This document shows, one piece after another, positions 13,939-23,962 of a stretch of DNA of 64,000 bases (its first letter is position 1; each line of letters begins with the position of its first letter). Source of the DNA: Dicyema japonicum (taxonomy: Eukaryota > Animalia > Dicyemida); contig RDEW01000008.1 in NCBI GenBank assembly GCA_011109175.1, positions 880,476-944,475 on the forward strand, read 5' to 3'. The position numbers and the translations under genes are program-made. The notes beneath the pieces are model-generated. The model did no database searches. It saw nothing but the letters and a program-made list of their open reading frames with translations, and was not told the origin of the DNA.

Positions 13939-14190
13939 TTACAGGTTGTCGTCTTTTGTCCTAAAATAAGTCACAACCATACAAATTGAATTTATCCTGA
14001 GCCTGGACGAAGCTGAAATTTAAGAAAGCTAGTGTACCTATCAATGTTGACCCCACACGTGAAGTTACTCTGATCTTCGATTTCCTTCAATATTTTATCC
14101 TAAATTCACCCAAAAGTCTACAATCTGCTGTCTATCCATTGATTTGTCTAACTTTTCAAATATTTATATTGATGAAACCGCAAATTGCAT
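13939..14190 (-). CDS. Candidate small multi-intron ORF (51 aa; probably the 3' part of a gene or a pseudogene)
   Basis: Four GT-AG introns of 27, 22, 25 and 22 nt (14152-14178, 14100-14121, 14013-14037, 13961-13982) splice in frame to MQFALDKSMDRQQIDKILKEIEDQSNFTCGVNIDSFVQAQDKFNLTKDDNL*. No clean upstream exon was found. Confidence 0.3.
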
Positions 14191-14346
14191 AATTGAACAG
14201 CTTTAAGTGATCTCAACAGTCTGGGACACTTATCAACGGATTACTCTTTAAATATAGTTTTGGTCTTTGTTTTGATTGGTGGAGGTTGGTCATTCATATT
14301 AAACTGTGATTAAGTCACTGCCGACAATTGGCTCATCGGTCTAACT

Positions 14347-15264
14347 CAGTGTTTCCCAACCTGGGTTCCGCGAAATATTCTAGGAGTTCCGCGAAGTTCA
14401 AAATTTTTTAAAATTCTTTTTTCAAAAGGATAATTTTTAAAACGAATTAAATTAATTTGCGCGTGTCTAAATTGAGTCTTGTGATAGTGCACATCTTAGG
14501 TTCGATCGTATCGAAAAGGTTACATTGCATTTGGTTTCACATGGACTGGGGACATTTATTGCCCTCTACCACTTTGTGTTGTTTGCGATGAAAAACTTGC
14601 TAATAGTGCTATGGCTCCAACGAAACTTTGACGTCATTTCTCCATTAAGCACCCTGAACTTTCAAAGAAAAAAAGAATATTTTAACGGAAATTGGACCAG
14701 AATAAAGTTCAAGCATCCCGTTTCACAAAAAATTCAAAATAAATGAAAAAGCACTGCATGCTAGTTCCCTCATGTGCAAGAAAGAAATTTTAAAGAAATT
14801 GTTTCACAAATTGTAGACAATTTGGAGTCACTATTGTACGAATAATTATTTTCCATCCATATCAGTGAACTCTATGATTGGGTGAGGAATTCTTTGCTGA
14901 TTATGAAATAAATGGAAACGAGCTATCATTAAGAGAGGAATAAGAACTTGCGTTTATTTCAAGTTTAAAACGGAATGATATTGATTCGTTTGGCTGATTG
15001 TCAAAAAATCTTATTCTGGCCAACAAAGCTTTAAGAGTTTGGTCCAGTTTTCAACGACTTATCTCTGTGAAAGTGGATTTTCTGGATTAACAAATATAAA
15101 GCATAAAAAACGCGCGAACCTACTGTATGTGGAAAAAAGTTTATCTCTTTCAAAGAGAAGGCCAAATATTACAGAGCTATGCAAGTAAAAACTATATAAG
15201 GGTTCCGTATAAAATAAAAAATGTAGATAAGGTTTCGTGCTCTCAAAAAGGTTGGGAACCACTG
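14347..15264 (+). mobile_element. hAT (Buster/Charlie-type) non-autonomous deletion derivative
   Basis: TIRs CAGTGTTTCCCAACCT / AGGTTGGGAACCACTG and a perfect 8-bp TSD GTCTAACT (14339-14346, 15265-15272; nnnTAnnn). BED-finger remnant PLCVVCDEKLANSAMAPTKL*RHF..KHP. Confidence 0.92.
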
Positions 15265-15860
15265 GTCTAACTGGTAGAGTCTTAGAGTTCATTGGTCTGA
15301 CGGTGGAGCCTGGTTAAACTAGTTGATCCCCAAAGCTCATTGGCCAGAGAAGTAGAGGTTGTATAGCTTATTGGTCAAATTAGTGAATCCAACAGAGCTT
15401 GTTAGTCAAGATAGTAGAGCCTGTCGAGTTTATAGGTCAAATTAGTAGAGTTGGTCGCTAAATATAGTAGAGGCTGCAGAATTTATGAGTCAACTTGGTA
15501 GAGCCAGTAGAACCTATTTGTCATATTACTAGAGTCGGTAGAGCTAATATATCAAATTGGTAGTCATAGTTCTCATAACTAATATTGATATTTTTTATGA
15601 GCCAAGCTAGTAATCAAATTAGTAGACTCAGCAGTTTTTATCGCCAAACTGGTAGAGACTGTTGGCTATTAACCCTTATTGCCAAGGTAGTGAAGACTAT
15701 TGGTTGAAACCCTTTGTATAACCCAAACTAGTGCACAAAATCATAAAGTCAGATGTTCTTGTTAAATTTTTAATCAGATTGGTAGAGTCAGTAGTTGTTA
15801 TATGCCAAAGTAGTAGGGACTCTACTATTGACCCTTGAGTAAATTTCTTATAAGGAATTT
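15265..15860. repeat. Degenerate ~31-bp tandem array
   Basis: The (A/G)GTAGAG motif recurs at 15351, 15382, 15413, 15444, 15497, 15528, 15559, 15621 and 15651. Units continue on the left side of the hAT insertion (about 14325-14346). Confidence 0.6.
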
Positions 15861-17074
15861 ACGTTTTCATACTCAAAATTTTTCTAATACGCATATTTAT
15901 GAAACTTGCTTTAAATAGTGCTGATGTTGTTCAATTTCTGGGTTAACATGAGCTTGAAGTGAAAGATATATTTATTCAGACTTTTGAATGAATTGTGGTT
16001 TTGGTTTAATTTGCAAAAAATAAACAATAACAATTATTATTTATAATTATTATTCTGACCATGGCATGTTAATTAATATTTTCATGCCGATTAGCACGTT
16101 TCTTTGATAATTTAAACTTGAATAATCTTACACCAGGTAGCATAGTGGTTATTAGCTTGGGGATATCATCAATCAAATCTCTCTACCAGGACCACCAATG
16201 ATACTAAGGGACTTGTGGGAGCGCCCAGCACTAACCGCTGGACACATGATTGCAGACGATTTCCTACATGTTAGTGATGTCGGGCAACTAACTAAAATGT
16301 GGTTACTGCAGTCCCACGTGTTGCAATTAGGAGTAGAATTGATTCCACCCCACTACCTACTTGATCGAAAGACTCCATTCTGGCCTATGCTTTCATAAAA
16401 TTTTAAGAGGCGTCAGTTGATCCACCTGTCTCGAGACGCCAGATCCTTGGTCAATATTCCAAAGGTTATATTTTCTCCGTATTCCACTGGAAGGGTTCCA
16501 CAATTTTTTTCACAACTTGTTTGGAAAGATGAGTGTGCTCCAACTATGGGAACTTAATACACACGGGATTATTAAATAAATATAAAATACCAAACTTGGT
16601 CAAGCGGTGAATTGGTCCCAAGGTTTAGTAGGGACCTCGATATCTTAATGTAATGAATCCTTCCATTTCTTCTCTCGTGAAATGATGAATTCAATTGGGT
16701 ACATTCGTCTGACAAATAATGGAGGATATTTGACAAATCTGGTTAAGGAAAACAAAAAAATTATTGGAATATCGATTCTTATTATTTATTATGATATAAT
16801 TTTTGTGGTGATAAACACTCTTGTTTCTGCGGACCATAGTGGAACATTACCTTATGACCTACCTAGGAATGAACTCAATACTACATACTCATTGGTCAAT
16901 GGAGTACGATGAGCTTGACTACCATCTATGAAGTAACCAGAATCGAGGGAGATAATTGTTTTCTCAATAACAATGAGGATGAAAATTTTCACAGGTCACG
17001 AGTTAAAGTAATCGAAAACGCTAAATAATTTAATTAATAATTTATGTTTAATAATTTACACTTTGAGGGTTTTC

Positions 17075-18010
17075 GGCTAAATTTCAATGGTTATAGTTAA
17101 TGTTTTGGGTTCTTAGTTAGGGTCAGTGTTAAGGGTTTTAAGGGTTATGGTTAATGTTTAGATATTTTCGATTTGCCGCGTGGCGCCATGTGGTGCTGCG
17201 TGGTTAATTGGTTTAATTTTTCTGCTTGCTTGTCTGTTCCTCCTCTCTTTTCCTAATAGAGTGGCGTCATGTGATCCACCTGTCTAGGTGACGCCCAGTG
17301 CCAGGCCGGCACGAAAAAGGATCATTTGCTCTCCCCACTCCACTGAAGGGGTTTCCACAACTGCATGTAATGGACGTCTTACCCTTTATGTTGATTCCGG
17401 ATGGACTCTGTTTCTGTAGAAGTGAAAACTGGATACACTTAATTAGTTGTTTACTTTAACTTCTTTCTCGGTGTATCCGGGGTTAATAAATAAATAGGGT
17501 TTTTAGTTAGGGTCAGTGTTAAGGGTTTTAAGGGTTATGGTTAATGTTTAGGGTTTTAAGTTAGGGTCAGTGTTAAGGGTTTTAGGGGTTATGGTTAATG
17601 TTTAGGGTTTTAGTTAAGGTCAGTGTTAAGGGTTTAAGGTTATGGTTAATATTTAGGGATTTTAGTTAGGGTCAGTGTTAAGGGTTATGGTTAATGTTTA
17701 GGGATTTTAGTTAGGGTCAGTGTTAAGGGTTTTAAGGGTTATGGTTAATATTTAGGGTTCTCAGTTAGGGTCAGTGTTAAGGGTTTTAAGGGTTATGGTT
17801 AATGTTTAGGGATTTTAGTTAGGGTCAGTGTTAAGGGTTTTAGAGGTTATGGTTAATGTTTAGGGATTTTAGTTAGGGTCAGTGTTAAGGGGTATGGTTA
17901 ATGTTTAGGGTTTTTAGTTAGGGTCAGTGTTTAGGGTTTTTGGTTTGGGTTAGTGTTTAGCAGTTTTGGTTAGGATTTAAGTGTTTTTGGTTAGGGTTAG
18001 TAGTTAGAGT
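17075..18010. repeat. TTAGGG-like higher-order satellite (54- and 45-bp units)
   Basis: Unit TTAGGGTCAGTGTTAAGGGTTTTAAGGGTTATGGTTAATGTTTAGGG(A/T)TTTTAG at 17117, 17507, 17561, 17614, 17666, 17711, 17765, 17819, 17873 and 17918. Interrupted by SINE-B. Confidence 0.9.
17165..17495 (+). mobile_element. SINE-B full-length copy inserted in the satellite
   Basis: About 330 bp, from TTTTCGATTTGCCGCGTGGCG to GGGGTTAATAAATAAA. Aligns end to end with the TSD-bounded copy at 30949-31275. The 3' stem is GGATACAC/GTGTATCC (17431-17438, 17471-17478). Confidence 0.85.
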
Positions 18011-18419
18011 TAAATTTTCTTGTATATGGATAAAAAACAAGGCTTAAATTTAATATTTTTGGTTAAAGCTATGCTTTTGTCATTTTAGTAGTCATTTAAA
18101 TAATTAGATTTTATCTATTTTATATTTTTTAAACAAAATAAAATTTATTTTTAGCATGAGGATACTGTTACTTTGTCACATTTGGTGGTTAATTTTTTAA
18201 TTGGATCTCTCAATTTTTGCATTCTACAGAATTTTTAATATCAGAGGTAAACTTATTGGGTATATTTAAGTTGATTCTGCTATAGAAAATTTTGCATTTT
18301 ATTAGCCTCGACCATGTGTGGGCCGGGACATATTATAATATCATAAATTCTATCAATCATATTTACAAAAAATTAAATTTTTAAATAGAACGCCATTTTT
18401 TGTTTGTTTCTTGTGTTTG

Positions 18420-18605
18420 ATTTTTTCTGCAAAGCCATATCAGCTATGGCTCCGTTTAGGCAGAACACACACTTTATTTAAGTAAAGAAAGTTATTATAA
18501 CTAATCGTAGAGGGAGAACCAAAAAACTCTCTTCACTTCTTTTTGTTTTCTTTTTCTTGCGTGTATGTCCTTTACAGACGATCCGGTTCCGCAGTTAGTA
18601 CTCCG
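18420..18605 (-). mobile_element. SINE-A 3' half
   Basis: The reverse complement reads ...CACGCAAGAAAAAGAAAAC...GATTAGTTATAATAACTTTCTTTACTTAAATAAAGTGTGTGTTCTGCCT. Confidence 0.7.
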
Positions 18606-18699
18606 GGGAACTCGTTCGCGATCCACGCAACCGGCTTCCTCAACTAACATTGTTTTTTTGTTAAATATTTGTCTTTAAAAAAATAATTAATTTAAAAAA

Positions 18700-19504
18700 A
18701 GAGCTATACGTGAAAAACGACTGTTACTCGGAGAGACTCTGAACCGCTTGTGTCTACTTGACATGCATACTTCATTATTCCTTCAGATAAACAGTCTCAA
18801 CGTACAGAGGCTTGCATATGTCCTGAGGACTGCTCCCTATTTCACCCTGTGTGACTAACTCGCACAGATTATCGAGATATTCCGTCGACAGCGGAACGTA
18901 TCTTCAACGTCCTGGTTTTAAGGATTACTCATGGAAGCAAGCCACGCTGTCAGTGAGACTCGGAGGACTTAAAATTCTTAACCCTGTGGACCTTTCTCTC
19001 CCTTCATACCTATCATCGCTAGTGGCCTTTAACTTTTACACTCTCTACCTGAATTCTCTATTGACAAAGACTCCGGCCATGCTCGTGAGGCCTGAAGCCG
19101 CACTTATCAGCTTTCTCTACCTTCTTCGATCTCTTAGCGGGGCTTTGACGATGCAATATGCTGGAATTCTTTCAAAGATCATATAGCCAACATTGCCGTA
19201 CCTGTTTGTTGCCGGAGGCGTCTTCCAAGAGCGGTGCCTGGCTCAACGCCATTCCCAATGGAGTTCTGTGTACCTTCCTGGATGATGAATGCGTTTGTAT
19301 TGGGATCTCATTGCGACTAAGATTAAAAGTCTGTATTCCACATCTGTACCGATGCGGAGACCAGATCGACTGTTCTGGCCTACACCATCTCTCCTGCAGG
19401 AAGAGTGCAGGCAGATTTCCCAGACACATGGCCTTGAACGAAGTCGTTAGGCGAGCTTTGGACACCCCTCCATGCTCGAACTAGTCGGTCTATGCAGGCG
19501 GACG
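18700..19504 (+). mobile_element. CRE-clade retrotransposon, part upstream of the MULE insertion
   Basis: WKQATLSVRLGGLKI, SGAWLNAIP, HHLSCRKSAGRFPRHMALNEVVRRAL. Continues after 21922. Confidence 0.85.
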
Positions 19505-21922
19505 GTTCCCATTCAAAATGGCCTCTTTCAAAATGGCCTCCATTCAAAATTGGCCTCCATTCAAAATGCCTCCATTCAAAAACGGCCTCCATTCAAACGG
19601 CCTCCATTCAAAATGCCTCCAATTAAATTTTCTCAGGTTTTGGATAAGTTCATCAATAGACATCACGAGATATTTTACCAAGGTCTCGACATCTTTAGGT
19701 AAAAAAAAGTCATCTTTTTAAATCTTATAAAAATTGATTTTAAACAGGTCCTATGGGTAAGTGGAACATTTTACCAAGGTCCTCGGACATCTTTAGGTAA
19801 AAAAAGTCATCTTTTAAATCTTATAAAAATTGATTTTAACAGGTCCTATGGGTAAGTGGAACATTTACCAAGGTCCTCGACATCTTTAGGTAAAAAAAGT
19901 CATCTTTTTAAATCTTATAAAAATTGATTTTAACAGGTCCTATGGGTAAGTGGAACATTTTACCAAAGGTCCTCGACATCTTTAGGTGAAAAAGTCATCT
20001 TTTTAAATCTTATAAAAATTGATTTTAAACAGGTCCTATGGGTAAGTGGAACATTTTACCAAGGTCCTCGACATCTTTAGGTAAAAAAAGTCATCTTTTT
20101 AAATCTTATAAAAATTGATTTTAACAGGTCCTATGGTAAGTGGAACAGTTTTACAAATCTATCGTTAATTTTAAATCACATTTAACCTATTTATATCTTC
20201 ATTATTTATGTCGTTGAAAATTCCTAGTTCCAATATTTTTTTATTAATATTTTGTCCTAGATGGAACATGCAGCAATTTATCCGTGCGTTTGAAATGATT
20301 TTTGAAAAGAGTTTATTGCTCCTTTTTCAAAATCTGAAGACAATAACTCTTGGTTCTAAATCCGGAATGAGACGTTTAATTATTAGAAGCATTGTGTCAT
20401 ATTCATTTTCAGTTTTTGATGTTAAAAGACAGAAAAATTATTGGAATTACATGGTGATTAATTATTACCGATATTGTGTATAATTGCTTCCAAGGAAGAG
20501 GCAGACAGAAAAAGTCCCATCAATAGACCATATTTTATGATTTTTAATGGTGTCGTCATTTCAGAATTAAAAAAAATAACCATATTTGTCTCAACATCTG
20601 ATAAGTTAATAATTAATATACCAATATTTTGGCGAAAAACTGTGTCCAAACTGATAGAATCTATGCCCTCGTAAGGTATACATTAAATTCTCCTCAATAT
20701 TAAGAACTGAATCATCACTTTCGTGTGGGATACTTTTTCTTGTTCTATTAATCAGTTGTTCCAGAGAAGAATGAGTCCCTGTCAAAGCAATAGTTGTCAA
20801 ATTTTGTCCAAGCAGGAATTATTAATAATCTGTCTAGGACCCATATCACATAAGAGTGATTTCTGCTTTATGTCCTCCCGTATTAAGGCTCTCTTGACAA
20901 ATTCACTCCTTGGAAGATGATTATGTTGCTTCAGACTCCAAACTTCATCACAGGATTGAATAGTTTTACAGATCCAGGACAAGTACGATCTGAGCACCTC
21001 CAATATGTGATATGTCCCTTCCTGTATTTTAAATGATAAAAGATTTCCATCATGTTCTAAACTTCTATTTCCCTTTTGGTTAACAAGAAACGGCATGCAA
21101 TAGTGAATCAATTAATTAATTAAATTATACAAAAGTTTTATAATAATAAAAGAAATTAAAAAGACAATAACTTTAAATTTAGTTTTAATAAAAATAATTA
21201 ATTTTATTCCAAAGTCAATTAGTATCTTAAAATCATAGGGTTTGGAGGACTTTGGTAAAATGTTCGCTCACCATAGGATCCCTTAAAATCAATTTTTATA
21301 AGATTTAAAAAGATGACTTTTTTACCTAAGATGTCGAGGACCTTAGTAAAATGTTCCGCTCACCCATAGGACCCCTTAAAATCAATTTTTATAGATTTAA
21401 AAAGATGACTTTTTTACCTAAAGATGTAGAGGACCTTAGTAAAATGTTTCGCTCACCCATAGGACCCCTTAAAATCAATTTTTATAAGATTTAAAAAAGA
21501 TGACTTTTTTACCTAAAGATGTCGAGGACCTTAGTAAAATGTTTCACTCACCAATAGGACCCCTTAAAATCAATTTTTATAAGATTTAAAAAAGATGACT
21601 TTTTTACCTAAAGATGTCGAGGACCTTGGTAAAATCAATTTTTATAAGATTTAAAAAGATGACTTTTTTACTAAAGATGTCGAGGACCTTGGTAAAATCA
21701 ATTTTTATAAGATTTAAAAAAGATGACTTTTACCTAAAGATGTCGTTTCGCTAAAATCTCGTGATGTTTATTGATGAAACTTATCCAAAACCTGAAAAAA
21801 ATTAATTGAGGCCATTTTGAATGGAGGCCATTTTGAATGGAGGCCATTTTGAATGGAGGCCGTTTTGAATGGAGGCCATTTGAATGGAGGCCATTTTGAA
21901 AGAGGCATTTTGAATGGACACG
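19505..21922. mobile_element. Foldback-type MULE (Mutator-like) transposon with long tandem-repeat TIRs
   Basis: Each inverted arm has about 7 x 16-bp GGCCTCCATTCAAAAT, a ~55-bp unique linker and ~95-bp repeats (19673-20147 and about 21244-21745). The element splits the CRE RDGKRP codons, leaving a ~9-bp duplication GGCGG(G)ACG. Confidence 0.85.
20165..21100 (-). pseudogene. MULE transposase pseudogene (FLYWCH-like finger plus MULE DDE domain, C-terminally truncated)
   Basis: With frameshifts: NQKGNRSLEHDG..WRCSDRTCPG..HNH, WSIDGTF, QLYTI, DFEKGAINSF and CCMFHLGQ. The region expected to carry the third catalytic residue is missing. Confidence 0.8.
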
Positions 21923-22330
21923 GGCGGGACGGGAAACGGACCAAATGGGATGACAATCTTCCCTTTTGAAGCCGGGAAATTTATTGTCTGGGACGTTACC
22001 TGCACTTACACATTTGCCTCTTGGCAACCTACTCCAGAGTGCCTCTGGACCCCGAGAAGATGAAACGGGAAAAGTACGCGTCCTACCCAAGGATTTTTTT
22101 GTTTGTTCCACTCGCCGTTGAGACATCTGGTTCTCGTGCGCTTGCGACGCTGAAATTCTTGAGTCTTCTAGGGAATCGAATTGCTAAAAGAACAGGAGAC
22201 CCTCGTGAGCGTTGCTGGTTATTTGAGCGAATATCGCTCGCTATCCTGAGAGGGAATAGTCACGCAGTCACGACAGCCGCTATATAATGTTTTTACTCTT
22301 TTTTTAAAAATAAATTTCATCCTCCTCATT
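21923..22330 (+). mobile_element. CRE-clade retrotransposon, RLE domain and 3' UTR (continuation of 18700-19504)
   Basis: RDGKR.NGMTIFPFEAGKFIVWDVTCT...FLFVPLAVETSG...ERISLAILRGNSHAV, then an A-rich tail. Confidence 0.85.
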
Positions 22331-22484
22331 AAAAAACGTTTAAAAAATAAAAAAAACAACTTAATAACATAAATCAAATCAATTAACAATTAAATAAAAT
22401 GAAGGAAGGATCATATAATTATGAGTTAACCTATTTTTCTGGGTGCTCTTGATTTCAATAAAAAATAAATTATTTTTGCAAAAA

Positions 22485-22557
22485 AGGCTCCAGCGAGGAT
22501 CGAACTCCGCGACCTTCTGTTTACTAGACAGACGCTCTACCACTGAGCCATGGAGCC
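22485..22557 (-). tRNA. tRNA-Thr(AGT)
   Basis: GGCTCCA/TGGAGCC acceptor stem, GCTC/GAGC D-stem, TCTGT-CTAGTAA-ACAGA anticodon arm, TTCGATC T-loop, and an oligo-T terminator directly downstream. One extra G in the T-stem (GCGGAG/CTCGC) may be a read error or a defect. Confidence 0.85.
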
Positions 22558-22823
22558 AGATACATAAAATAAAATATCTTTAAAAATTTACTTATTTTCT
22601 ATCATCGTAATGGTTTATTCCTTGTCACTTAATTCAATCGAAATTTTACTGATCATATTACTAGACTGACGCTCTACCACTGAGCCATGGAGCCAACACA
22701 TGAAATAAAATATCTTTAAAAATTTACTTATTTTCTATCATCGTAATGGTTTATTCTTCGTCACTTAATTCAATCGAAATTTTACTGATCATATTACTAG
22801 ACTGACGCTCTACCACTGAGCCA
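22521..22823. repeat. ~137-bp tandem duplication carrying two extra tRNA-Thr 5' halves
   Basis: TTACTAGAC(A/T)GACGCTCTACCACTGAGCCA at 22521, 22658 and 22794. Confidence 0.9.
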
Positions 22824-22899
22824 CTTCTATTTTTTCAATATATACCAAAAATTGCATACCAGTTCCACTTTTTTAAATCAATTAATTTATTAAATCAAA

Positions 22900-23120
22900 A
22901 ATTGAGTTGCCTCTCACGGTTGCAACAAAATCAACTGAAGAAGCCACCGAGTCAAACGTTCGTCGTGGCTTTTTTGTGTAGCTAGGCGTCCAAATTTCTT
23001 TAGGAATTGAAGCGATTCCCACTTATTTCTTCTGTTGTCTCTACTACGATGGAGTAGAATGTGAATCGATCGCGTAGCGTTTGATATTTTATCTCCTTTG
23101 CCTTCATTGTTTTTTCGCGG
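22900..23120 (-). mobile_element. CRE 3' fragment
   Basis: KYQTLRDRFTFYSIVVETT...FLKKFGRLAT, same subfamily as 12030-12640. Confidence 0.7.
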
Positions 23121-23962
23121 TTACAAAGTTCCAAAATATCTTAATCCTTGAGTTTTAATCGTCTCAGTTCTCAATTCTTATTCATTTCAAACTCAAGAAA
23201 TATCAATTATTGTTTTTGCTTTATAAGTTGCAAATCAATTTATCTATTATGCTAAATTGATTTTGTAGTTGCTAAATATATAATTCACTATTATCACTCA
23301 GCATCATTCTCGAATCGTTGCTTCCAATGGCCATGGGTCTCGCAATCATACAATGGGAACATCATTCATCTCTGCATGGTCCTCATAAATACTAAGAAGA
23401 GTTCTCTTTACTCCAATTTTGGATGGACTTGTGTGCTTGGGGGAATTTTTATCCGCCTCTGAGACTGAGTAAACTGGAACTTGCTTTCTCGGTGTGTCTG
23501 GGATTAATAACATTTAAAATTTAACGGATAATTAAAGACTCTATGGCACTCCAGTGCAAATCATTTCAATTCTTTAACGTGGGGATCTAACACCAAAATG
23601 CTACAAAATTATATGGGGGTTTTATCGATTGGTTTTTCAACAAGAGCATATATTCCGTCTGTCTTTTGAAAAAAACTGTTCGAGAACATGCTTATTACCA
23701 CATGCATAAACTCGAAACATCAGAAGAAAATTTCGCTATGAATCCAACCGATTGGAGCTGAGGACGTGACGATCAGTCTGAGTGGCAAGAGAAATGAGGT
23801 GAAGTGAATGAATAGGTAACTTCGAAGTGTTTTAATTTTGATAAAAAATATTAATGATAAACCTGATAATAAATTTTTATAAAAAATAAATAAATTATAA
23901 AATATCGCTAATCTCAAAATTTAATAAAATATTAAGAAATTAATCTAAATCCAAGCGTATTA

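Noticed and set aside
15350-15460. 31-bp units as repeated exon plus micro-intron modules (GTCAAATTAG)
   Set aside because: It would need 10-nt introns, or 8-nt exons containing stops.
17075-18010. A true telomere
   Set aside because: Internal, higher-order and degenerate, with ordinary sequence on both sides.
19505-20147. Regular 16-bp and 95-bp repeats resembling a CRISPR array
   Set aside because: Units are contiguous with no unique spacers, are mirrored in inverted form at 21244-21917, and flank a MULE transposase. No cas genes; eukaryotic context.
19380-22126. Several six-frame ORFs with MASIQN/WPPFK repeats
   Set aside because: They are translations of the stop-free 16-bp TIR repeat, not genes.
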